Assembly: GCF_009914755.1 (NCBI RefSeq) | Contig: NC_060938.1 | DNA length: 64,000 bases | Source: the human T2T-CHM13v2.0 reference genome, Homo sapiens | Reading direction: 5' to 3' (one strand) | Shown here: piece by piece, positions 46,501-59,900 of the stretch | Layout of the letters: every line of letters begins with the position of its first letter | Position numbering within the stretch: position 1 is the stretch's first letter | Notes under the pieces: generated by a model | Seen by the model: only the letters and a program-made list of their open reading frames with translations | What the model was told of the DNA's origin: nothing | Database searches by the model: none | Program-made: the position numbers and the translations under genes

Positions 46501-49500
46501 GGAATGGAATGGAATGGAATGGAATAAATCCGGGTGGAGTGGAATGGAATGTAATGGAGTGGAATATAATGGAATTTATTGAAATGGAATGGAATGGAAT
46601 GGAATGGAACGGAATGGAATGGAATGAAATGGATTGGATCGGAATGGAATCCAATGGAATCAACTGGAATGGAATGGAATGGAATGGAATAAATCCGTGT
46701 GGAGTGGAATGGAATGTAATGGAGTGGAATGGAATGGAATGGAATGGAATGGAATGGAAAGGAATCAACCCGAATGGAATTGAACGGAATGGAATGGAAA
46801 GGAATGGAATGGAATGGAACGGAATGGAATCAACCCAAATGGGATGGCATGGAATGGAATGGAATGGAATGGAATGGAATGGAATGGAATCAACCCAAGT
46901 GCAATGGATGGAATGGAATGCAATGGAATCCACCCGAGTGGAATGGAATGGAATGGACTGGAATGGAATGGAATGCAATGGAATTCAATGGAGTGGAATG
47001 GAACGGAATAGAGTGGAATTGAATAAACACCAGGGGAATGAAATGGATTGCAGTGAAATGGAATGGAAAGGAATGGAATGGAATGAAATCAACCCGAATG
47101 GAATGCAACGGATTGGAATGGAATGGAAAGGAATGAATGGAATGGAATGGTGAGGAATCAACACGAGAGGAATGGAATGGAATGGAACGGAACGGAATAG
47201 AAAGAAATGGAATGGAATGAACCCGAATGGAATGGAATGGATTGGAATGGAATGGAATGGAATCAACCCGAGCGGAAAGGAATGGAATGCAATGGAGTGG
47301 AATGGAATGTAATGGAATGGAATGGAATGGAATGGAATCATCACGAATGGAATGGAACGGAGTGGAATGGGATGGAATGGAATGGAATGGAAATTAATCA
47401 ACACGAATGGAATGGAATGGAATGGAATGGAATGGAATGGAATGGAATGCAATGCAATGGAATGGAATAAATCTGGGTGGAGTGGAATGGAATGAAACGG
47501 AGTGGAATGTAATGGAATTTAGTGGAATGGAATGGAATGGAATGGAATGAAATGGATTGGATCGGAATGGAATCCAATGGCATCAACTGGAATGGAATGG
47601 AATGGAATGGAATGGAATGGAATGGAATAAATCCGGGTGGAGTGGAATGGAATGTAATGGAGTGGAATGTAATGGAATTTAGTGGAAGGGAATGGAATGG
47701 AATGGAATGAAATGGATTGGAACGGAATGGAATCCAATGGAATCAACTGGAATGGAATGGAATGGAATGGAATGAAATGGAAAGGAACGGAATGGAATCA
47801 ACACGAGTGGAATGGGATGGATCGGAATGGAATCAACCCGAGTGGAATGGAATGGAATGGAATGGAAAGGAATGGAATGGAATAGAATGGAATGGAATGG
47901 AATGGAATGGAATCAACCCGAATGGAATGGCATGGAATGGCATTGAATGGAATACAATGGAATGGAATGGAATGGAATGGAATGGAATGGAATGGAATGG
48001 AATCCACCCAAGTGCAATGGAATGGAATGGAATGCAATGGAATCCACCCGAGTGTAATGGAATGGAATGGAATGGAATGGAATGGAATGGAATGGAGTGG
48101 AATGGAACGGAATGGAGTGGAATGCAATAAACACCAGGGGAATGAAATGGATTGGAATGAAGTGGAATGGAATGGAATGGAATGAAATCAACCCGAGAGG
48201 AATGGAACGGAATGGAATGGAATGGAAAGGAATGAATGGAATGGAATGGTGTGGAATCAACACGAGGGGAATGGAATGGAATGGAACGGAACGGAACAGA
48301 ATGGAAAGGAATGGAATGGAATGAACCCGAATGGAATGGAATGGATTGGAATGGAATGGAATGGAATCAACCCGAGCGGAAAGGAATGGAATGGAATGGA
48401 GTGGAATGTAATGGAATGGAATGGAATGGAATGGAATGGAATCAACACAAATGGAATGGAATGGAATGGAATGGGATAGGATGGAATGGTATGGAATGGA
48501 AGTTAATCAACACGAATGGAATGGAACGGAATGGAATGGAATGGAATGGAAAGGAATGGAATGCAATGGAATGGAATTAAATGGAAAGGAACGGAATGGA
48601 ATCAACACGAGTGGATTGGAAAGGAATGGAATGGAATCAACAACAGTGGAATGAACTGGAATGTAATGCAATGTGATGGAGTGGAATCAACACGAGTGGA
48701 ATGGAATGGAATGGAATGGAATGGAAAGGAATGGAATGGAATGAAATGGAATGGATTGGAGTGGAATCCAATGGAATCAACTGGAATGGAATGGAATGGA
48801 ATGGAATGGAATGGAATGCAATGGAATGGAATAAATCTGCGTGGAGTGGAATGGAATGAAACGGAGTGGAATGTAATGGAATTTAGTGGAATGGAATGGA
48901 ATGAAATGGAATGGAATGAAATGGATTGGATCGGAATGGAACCCAATGGAATCAACTGGAATGGAATGGAACGGAATTGAATGGAAAAAATCCGGGTGGA
49001 GTGGAATGGAATGTAATGGAGTGGAATGGAATGGAATTTAGTGCAATGGAATGGAATGGAATGGAATGGAATGAAATGGATTGGATCGGAATGGAATCCA
49101 ATGGAATCAACTGGAATGGAATGGAATGGAATAAATCCGGGTGGAGTGGAATGGAATGTAATGGAGTGGAAAGGAATGGAATTTAATGGAATGGAATGGA
49201 AAGGAATGGAATGAAATGGAATGGAATGGAATCAACCCGAATGGGATGGCATGGAATGAAATTGAATGGAATGGAATGGAATGGAATGGAATCAACACGA
49301 ATGGAATGGAACGGAATGGAAAGCAATGGAATGGAATGGAATGGAAAGGAATGGAATGGAATGGAAGGGAATCAACCCGAATGGGATGGCATGGAATGGA
49401 ATTGAATGGAATGGAATGGAATGGAATGGAATGGAATGGAATGGAATGCAATGGAATCCACCCAAGTGCAATGCAATGGAATGGAATGCAATGGAATCCA

Positions 49501-51050
49501 CCCGAGTGGAATGGAATGGAATGGAACGGAATGGAATGGAATGGAATGGAGTGGAATGGAACGGAATGGAGTGGAATGGAATAAACACCAGGGAATGAAA
49601 TGGATTGGAATGAAATGGAATGGAATGGAATGAAATCAACCAGAGTGGAATGCAACAGAATGGAATTGAATGGAAAGGAATGAATGGAATGGAATGGGGT
49701 GGAATCAACACGAGAGGAATGGAATGGAATGGAATGGAAAGGAACGGAATGGAAAGCAATGGAAAGGAGTGAACCCGAATGGAATGGAATGGATCGGAAT
49801 GGAATGGAATGGAATCAACCCGAGCGGAAAGGAATGGAATGCAATGGAGTGGAATGAAATGTAATGGAATGGAATGGAATGGAATAGAATCAACACGAAT
49901 GGAATGGAATGGAATGGAATTGGATGGGATGGAATGGAATGGAATGGAAGTTAATCAACACGAATGGAATGGATCGGAATGTAATCGAATGGAATGGAAT
50001 GGAATGGAATGAAATGGAAAGGAACGGAATAGAATCAACACGAGTGGAATGGAATGGAACGGAATGGAATCAACCCGAGTGGAAAGAAATGGAATGTAAT
50101 GCAATGGGATGGAGTGGAATCAACCCGAGTGGAATGGAAAGGAATGGAATGGAATGGAATGGAATGGAATGGATTGGAATGGAATCCAATGGAATCAACT
50201 GGAATGGAATGGAATGGAATGGAATGGAATGGAATGGAATGGAATGGAATGGAATAAATCCGGGTGGAGTGGAATGGAATGTAATGGAGTGGAATATAAT
50301 GGAATTTAGTGGAATGGAATTGAATGGATTGGAATGGAATGAAATGGATTGGATCGGAATGGAAGGCAATGGAATCAACTGGAATGGAATGGAATGGAAT
50401 GGAATGGAATAAATCCGGATTGAGTGGAATGGAATGTAATGGAGTAGAATGTAATGGAATTTAGTGGAATGGAATGGAATGGAATGGAATGGAAAGGAAT
50501 CAACCCGAATGGAATGGAAAAGAATCGAATGGAAATAAATGGAATGGAATGGAAATAAATTGAATGGAATGGAATGGAATCAACCCAAGTGCAATGGAAT
50601 GGAATGGAATGCAATGGAGCCACCCGAGTGGAATTGAATGGAATGGAATGGAATGGAATAAATCCGGGTGGAGTGGAATGGAATGGAATGGAGTGGAATG
50701 TAATGGAATTTAGTGGAATGGAATGGAATGGAATGGAATGGAGTGGAATATAATGGAATTTAGTGGAATGGAATGGAATGGACTGGAATGAAATGGATTG
50801 GAATGGAATGGAATGGAATCAACCAGAATGGAATGGAACGGAATGGAATGGAATGGAATGGAATGGAATGGAATAGAATGGAATGGAATCAACACGAATG
50901 ACGTGGCATAGAATGGAATGGAATGGAATGGAATGGAATGGAATGGAATGGAATCAACCCGAATGGAATGGAACGAAATGGAAGGGAAATGAATGGAATG
51001 GAGTGGAATGGAATTGAATGGAATGGAATCAACCCGAGCTGAAAGGAATG
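40450..51050 (+). repeat. ~10.6 kb unit (late C, D-K, L), tandem and more diverged partner of ~29940-40450
   Basis: Anchor offsets 30564/41181 (10617), 31883/42530 (10647), 33790/44402 (10612) and 38989/49581 (10592), with more substitutions and indels than the 17.7 kb pair. Confidence 0.88.
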
Positions 51051-53979
51051 GAATGGAATGGAGTGGAATGGAATGGAATGCAATGGAATGGAATGGAATG
51101 GAATGGAATCAACACGAATGGAATGGAACGGAATGGAATGGGATGGGAAGGAATGGAATGGAATGCAAGTTAATCAAGACGAATGGAATGGAACGGAATG
51201 GAATGGAATGAAAAGGAAAGGAAAAGCATTGCATCAACATGAGTGGGATGGAATGGAACGGAATGGAATCAACCAGAGTGGAATGAAATGGAATGTAATG
51301 CAGTGGGATGGAGTGGAATCACCCCGAGTGGAATGGAATGGAATGAAATGGAATGGATCGGAATGGAATCCAATGGAATCAACTGGAATGGAATGGAATG
51401 GAATGGAATGGAATGGAATGGAATGGAATGGAATAAATCCGGGTGGAGTGGAATGGAATGTAATGGAGTGGAATGTAATGGAATTTAGTGGAATGGAATG
51501 GAATGGAGTGGAATGAAATGGATTGGAATGGAATGGAATCAACCCGAATGGAATGGAACGGAATGGAATGGAATGGAATGGAATGGAATGGAATGGAATG
51601 GAATCAACACGAATGACATGGCATAGAATGGAATGGAATGGAATGGAATGGAAAGGAATGGAATCAACCCGAATGGAATGGAATGAAATGGAATGGAAAT
51701 GAATGGAATGGAATGGAATGGAATTGAATGGAATAGAATCAACCCGAATGGCATGGCATGGAATGGCATGGAATGGAATGGAATGGAATGGAATGGAATG
51801 GAATGGAATCAACACAAGTGCAATGGAATGGAATGGAATGCAATGGAATCCACCCGAGTTGAATGGAATGGAATGGAATGGAATGGAATGGAATGGAGTG
51901 GAATGGAACGGAATGGAGTGGAATGGAATAAACACCAGGGGAATGAAATGGATTGGAATGAAATGGAATGGAATGGAGTGGAATGGAATGAAATCAACCC
52001 GAGTGGAATGGAACGGAATGGAATAGAATGGAAAGGAATGAATGGAATTGAATTGTGTGGAATCAACACGAGAGGAATGGAATGGAATGGAATGGAACGG
52101 AACGGAATGGAAAGGAATGGAATGGAATGAACCCGAATGGAATGGAATGGATTGGAATGGAATGGAATGGAATCAACCCGAGCGGAAAGGAATGGAATGG
52201 AATGGAGTGGAATGGAATGCAATGGAATGGAATGGAATGGAATCAACACGAATGGAATGGAACGGAATGGAATGGGATGGGATGGAATGGAATGGAATGT
52301 AAGTTAATCAACACGAATGGAATGGAACGGAATGGAATGGAATGAAAAGGAAAGGAACAGAATGGCATCAACACGAATGGAATGGAATGGAACGGAAAGG
52401 AATCAACCCGAGTGGAATGAAATGGAATGTAATGCAATGGGATGGAGGGGAATCACCCCGAGTGGAATGGAATAGAATGGAATGGAATGAAATGGAATGG
52501 ATCGGAATGGAATCCAATGGAATCAACTGGAATGGAATGGAATGGAATAGAATGGAATGGAATGGAATAAATCCGGGTGGAGTGGAATGGAATGTAATGG
52601 ATTGGAATGAAATGGAATTTAGTGGAATGGAATGGAATGGAATGGAAAGGAATGGAATGAAATGGATTGGATCGCAATGGAATACAATGGAATCAACTGG
52701 AATGGAATGGAATGGAATGGAATGGAATAAATCCGGTTGGAGTGGAATGGAATGTAATGGAGTGGAATGGATTGGAATTTAGTGGAATGGAATGGAATGG
52801 AATGGAATGGAATGGATTTAGTTGGAATGGAATCCATTGGAATCAACTGGAATGGAATGGAATGGAATGCAATGGAATGTAATGGAATCTAATGGAATGG
52901 AATGGAATGGAATGGAATGAAATGGATTGGATAGGAATGGAATCCAATGGAATCAACTGGAATGGAATGGAATGGAATGGAATGCAATGGAATGGAATAA
53001 ATCCGGGTGGAGAGGAATGGAATGTAATGGAGTGGAATGCAATGGAATTTAGTGGAATGGAATGGAATGGAATGGAATGGAATGGAATTAACCCGAATGG
53101 AATGGAACGGAATGGAATGGAATGGAATGGAATGGAATGGAATGGAATGGAATCAACACGAATGACAGGGCATAGAATGGAATGGAATGGAATGGAATGG
53201 AATGGAATGGAATGGAATGGATTGGAATGGAATCAACCCGAATGGAATGGAACGAAATGGAATGGAAATGAATGGAATGGAATGGAATGGAATGGAATAG
53301 AATGGAATCAACCCGAATGGGATGGCATGGAATGGAATTGAATGGAATGGAATGGAATGGAATGGAATGGAATCAACACGAGTGGAATGGAATGGAACGG
53401 AATGGAATCAACACGAGTGGAATGAAATGGAATGTAATGCAATGGGATGGAGTGGAATCAACCCAAGCGGAATGGAATGGAATGCAGTGGAAAGGAATGA
53501 AATGGAATGGATCGGAATGGAATCCAATGGAATCAACTGGAATGGAATGGTATGGAAGGGAATGGAATGGAATGGAATGGAATGGAATAAATCCGGGTGG
53601 AGTGGAATGGAATGTAATGGAGTGGAATATAATGGAATTTATTGAAATGGAATGGAATGGAATGGAATGGAACGCAATGGAATGGAATGAAATGGATTGG
53701 ATCGGAATGGAATCCAATGGAATCAACTGGAATGGAATGGAATGGAATGGAATAAATCCGTGTGGAGTGGAATGGAATGTAATGGAGTGGATTGGAATGG
53801 AATGGAATGGAATGGAATGGAAAGGAATCAACCCGAATGGAATTGAACGGAATGGAATGGAAAGGAATGGAATGGAATGGAACGGAATGGAATCAACCCG
53901 AATGGGATGGCATGGAATGGAATGGAATGGAATGGAATGGAATGGAATCAACCCAAGTGCAATGGATGGAATGGAATGG

Positions 53980-56900
53980 AATGGAATCAACCCAAGTGCA
54001 ATGGAAAGGAATGGAATGCAATGGAATCCACCCGAGTGGAATGGAATGGAATGGAATGGAATGGAATGGAATGGAATGGAGTGGAATGGAAAGGAATGGA
54101 GTGGAATGGAATAAACACCAGGGGAATGAAATGGATTGGAATGAATTTGAATGGAATCGAATGGAATGGAATGAAATAAACCGAGTGGAATGGAACGGAA
54201 TGGAATGGAATGGAATGGAAAGGAATGAATGGAATGGAGTGGTGTGGAATCAACACGAGAGGAATGGAATGGTATGGAACGGAACGGAATGGAAAGGAAT
54301 GGAATGGAATGAACCCGAATGGAATGGAATGGATTGAATTGGAATGGAATGGAATCAACACGAGCAGAAAGGAATGGAATGGAATGGAGTGGAATGGAAT
54401 GTAATGGAATGGAATTGAATGGAATATAATGGAATCAACCCGAGAGGAAAGGAATGGAATGGAATTGAGTGGAATGTAATGTAATGTAAAGGAATGGAAT
54501 GGAATCACCACGAATGGAATGGAACGGAATGGAATGGGATGGGATGGAATGGAATGGAATGGAAGTTAATCAACACGAATGGAATGGAACGGAATGGAAT
54601 GGAATGGAATGGAATGGAATGGAATGGAATGGAATGGAATAGAATGGAATGGAATCACCACGAATGGAATGGAATGGAATGGAATGGGATGGGATGGAAT
54701 GGAATGGAATGGAAGTTAATCAACACGAATGGAATGGAACGGAATGGAATGGAATGGAATGGAATGGAATGGAACGGAATGGAATGGAATGGAATGGAGT
54801 GGAATGGAACGGGATGGATTGGAATGGAATAAACACCAGGAGAATGAAATGGATTGGAATGAAATGTAATGGAATGGAATGCAATGGAATGAAATCAACC
54901 CGAGTGGAATGGAACGGAATGGAATTGAATGGAAAGGAATGAATGGAATGGAATGCTGTGGAATCAACACGAGAGGAATGGAATGGAATGGAATGGAAAG
55001 CAACGGAATGGAAAGAAATGGAATGGAATGATCCCGAATGGAATGCAATGGATTGGAATGCAATGGAATGGAATCAACCCGAGCGGAAAGGAATGGAATG
55101 GAATGGAGTGGAATGGAATGGAATGGAATGGAATGGAATGGAATGGAATGGAATGGAATGGAATGGAGTGTAATGGAACGGAATGGAGTGGAATGCAATA
55201 AACACCAGGGGAATGAAATGGATTGGAATGAAATGGAATGGAATGGAGTGGAATGGAATGAAATCAACCCGAGTGGAATGGAACGGAATGGAATAGAATG
55301 GAAAGGAATGAATGGAATTGAATTGTGTGGAATCAACACGAGAGGAATGGAATGGAATGGAATGGAACGGAACGGAATGGAAAGGAATGGAATGGAATGA
55401 ACCCGAATGGAATGGAATGGATTGGAATGGAATGGAATGGAATCAACCCGAGCGGAAAGGAATGGAATGGAATGGAGTGGAACGGAATGCAATGGAATGG
55501 AATGGAATGGAATCAACACGAATGGAATGGAACGGAATGGAATGGGATGGGATGGAATGGAATGGAATGTAAGTTAATCAACACGAATGGAATGGAACGG
55601 AATGGAATGGAATGAAAAGGAAAGGAACAGAATGGCATCAACACGAATGGAATGGAATGGAACGGAAAGGAATCAACCCGAGTGGAATGAAATGGAATGT
55701 AATGCAATGGGATGGAGGGGAATCACCCCGAGTGGAATGGAATGGAATGGAACGGAATGAAATGGAATGGATCGGAATGGAATCCAATGGAATCAACTGG
55801 AATGGAATGGAATGGAATGGAATGGAATAAATCCGGGTGGAGTGGAATGGAATGTAATGGATTGGAATGAAATGGAATTTAGTGGAATGGAATGGAATGG
55901 AATGGAATGGAATGGAATGAAATGGATTGGATCGCAATGGAATACAATGGAATCAACTGGAATGGAATGGAATGGAATGGAATGGAATAAATCCGGTTGG
56001 AGTGGAATGGAATGGAATGGAGTGGAATGGATTGGAATTTAGTGGAATGGAATGGAATGGAATGGAATGGAATGGATTTAATTGGAATGGAATCCATTGG
56101 AATCAACTGGAATGGAAAGGAATGGAATGCAATGGAATGTAACGGAATTTAATGGAATGGAATGGAATGGAATGGAATGAAATGGATTGGATAGGAATGG
56201 AATCCAATGGAATCAACTGGAATGGAATGGAATGGAATGGAATGCAATGGAATGGAATAAATCCGGGTGGAGTGGAATGGAATGTAATGGAGTGGAATGC
56301 AATGGAATTTAGTGGAATGGAATGGAATGGAAGGGAATGGAATGGAATGGAATGGAATGAAAGGGATTGGATTGGAATGGAATCCAATGGAATCAACTGG
56401 AATGGAATGGAATTGAATGGAAAGGAATAAATCCGGGTGGAGTGGAATGGAATGTAATGGAGTGGAATGGAATGGAATTTAGTGGAATAGAATGGAATGG
56501 AATGGAATGGAATGGAATGGAATGGAAAGGCATCAAACCTAATGGAACGGAACGGAATGGAATGGAATGGAATGGAATGGAATGGAATGGAATGGAATGG
56601 AACGGAATGGAATCAACCCGAATGGGATGGCACGGAATTGATGAATGGAATGGAATGGAATGGAATGGAATGGAATGGAATGGAATGGAATCAACCCAAG
56701 TGCATTGGAATGGAATGGAATGCAATGGAATCCAACCGAGTGGATTGGAATGGAATGGAACGGAATGGAATGGAATGGAATGGAGTGGAATGGAACGGAA
56801 GGGAGTGGAATGCAATAAACACAACGGGAATGAAATGGATTGGAATGAAATGGAATGGAATGGAATGGAATGAAATCAAGCAGAGTTGAATTGAACGGAA

Positions 56901-59900
56901 TGGAATGGAATGGAAAGGAATGAATGGAATGGAATGGTGTGGAATCAACACGAGAGGAATGGAATGGAATTTAATGGAACGGAATAGAATGGAAAGGAAT
57001 GGAATGGAATGAACCCGAATGGAATGGAATGGATCGGAATGGAATCCAATGGAATCAAGTGGAATAGAATGGAATGTAATGGAATGGAATGGAATGGAAT
57101 GGAATGAAATGGAATGGATCGGAATGGAATCCAATGGAATCAAGTGGAATGGAATAGAATGGAATGGAATGGAGTGGAATGGAATGGAATGCAATGGAAT
57201 GGAATGCAATGGAATCCACCCGAGTGGAATGGAATGGAATGGAATGGAATGGAATGGAATGGAATGGAGTGGAATGGAACGGAATGGAGTGGAATGGAAT
57301 AAACACCAGGGGAATGAAATGGATTGGAATGAAATAGAATGGAATGGAATGGAATAGAATGAAATCAAACAGATTGGAATGGAACGGCATGGAATGGAAT
57401 GGAAGGGAATGAATGGAATGGAATGGTGTGGAATCAACACGAGAGGAATGGAATGGAACGGAATGGAACGGAACGGAATGGAAAGAAATGGAATGAAATG
57501 AACCCGAAAGGAATGGAATGGATTGGGATGGAATAGAATGGAATCAACCCGAGCGGAAAGGAATGGAATGGAATGGAGTGGAATGTAATGGAATGGAATG
57601 GAATTGAATGCAATGGAATCAACACGAATGGAATGGAACGGAATGGAATGGGATGGGATGGGATGGAATGTGATGGAATGGAAGTTAATCAACACGAATG
57701 GAATGGAACGGAATGGAATGGATTGGAATGGAATGGAATGGAATGGAATGAAATGGAAAGGAATGGAATGGAATCAACACGAGTGGAATGCAATGGAACG
57801 GAATGGAATCAACCCGAGTGGAATGAAATGGAATGCAATGCAATGGGATGGAGTGGAATCAACCCGAGTGGAATGGAATGGAATGGAATGGAACGAAATG
57901 GAATGGATCGGAATGGAATCCAATGGAATCAACTGGAATGGAATGGAATGGAATAGAATGGAATGGAATGGAATGGAATGGAATGGAATGAAGTAAATCC
58001 GGGTGGAGTGGATTGGAATGTAATGGAGTGTAATGTAATGGGATTTAGTGGAATGGAATGGAATGGAATGGAATGAAATGGATTGGATTGGAATGGAATC
58101 CATTGGAATCAACTGGAATGGAATGGAATGGATTAAATCCGGGTGGAGTGGAATGGAATGTAATGGAGTGGAATGGAATGGATTTTACTGGAATTGAATG
58201 GAATGGAATGGAATGGAATGGAATGGAATGGAATGGAATGGTATAAACCCGAATGGAATGGAACGGAATCAACCCGAATGGAATGGAACGGAATGGAATG
58301 GAAAGAATGGAATGGAATGGAATGGAATGGAATGGAATGGAATGGAATGGAATGGAGTGGAATGGAACGTAATGGAGAGGAATGGAATAAACACCAGGGG
58401 AATGAAATGGATTGGAATGAAATGGAATGGAATGGAATGGAATGGAATGGAATGGAATGGAATGGAGTGAAATCAACCCGAGTGGAATGCAACGGAATGG
58501 AATGGAATGGAAAGGAATGAATGGAATGGAGTGGTGTGGAATCAACACAAGAGAAATGGAATGGAATGGAATGGAATGGAATGGAATGGAACGGAATGGA
58601 AAGGAACGGAATGGAATGAACCCGAATGGAATGGAATGGATTGGAATGGAATGGAATGGAATGGAATGGAATGAACCCGAATGGAATGGAATGGATTGGA
58701 ATGGAATGGAATGGAATCAACCCGACCGGAAAGGAATGGAATGGAATGGAGTGGAATGGAATGAAATGGAATGGAATGGAATGGAATGGAATCAACACGA
58801 ATGGAGTGGAACAGAATGGAATGGGATGGGATGGAATGGAATGGAATGGAAGTTAATCAACACCAATGGAATGGAACGGTGTGGAATGGAATGGAATGGA
58901 AAGGAATGGAATAAACCCGAATGGAATGGAATGAATTGGAATGGAATCAACCCGACTGGAATGATATGGAATGAAATGCAATGGGATGGAGTGGAATCAA
59001 CCCGAGTGGAATGGAATGGAATGGAATGAAATGGAATGGATCGGAATGGAATCCAATGGAATCAACTGGAATGGAATGGAATGGAACGGAATGGAATGGA
59101 ATGGAATAAATCAGGGTGGAATGGAATGGAATGTAATGGAGTGGAATGTAATGGAATTTAGTGGAATGGAATGGAATGGAATGGAATGGAATGAAATGGA
59201 AAGGAATGGAATGGAATGAAATGGATTGGATTAGAATGGAATCCAATGGAATCAACTGGAATGGAATGGAATGGAATGGAATGGAATGGAATAAATCCGG
59301 GCGGAGTGGAATGGAATGTAATGGAGTGGAATGGAATGGAATTTAGTGGAATGGAATGGAATGGAATGCAATGGAATGGAATGGAATGGAATGGAATGGA
59401 ATGGAATGGAATGGAATCAACCCGAATGGAATGGAACGGAATGGAATGGAAAGGAATGGAATGGAATGGATTCAACCCGAACGGAATGGAACGGAACGGA
59501 ATGGAAAGAAATGGAATGAAATGAACCCGAAAGGAATGGAATGGATTGGGATGGAATAGAATGGAATCAACCCGAGCGGAAAGGAATGGAATGGAATGGA
59601 GTGGAATGTAATGGAATGGAATGGAATTGAATGCAATGGAATCAACACGAATGGAATGGAACGGAATGGAATGGGATGGGATGGGATGGAATGTGATGGA
59701 ATGGAAGTTAATCAACACGAATGGAATGGAACGGAATGGAATGGATTGGAATGGAATGGAATGGAATGGAATGAAATGGAAAGGAATGGAATGGAATCAA
59801 CACGAGTGGAATGCAATGGAACGGAATGGAATCAACCCGAGTGGAATGAAATGGAATGCAATGCAATGGGATGGAGTGGAATCAACCCGAGTGGAATGGA

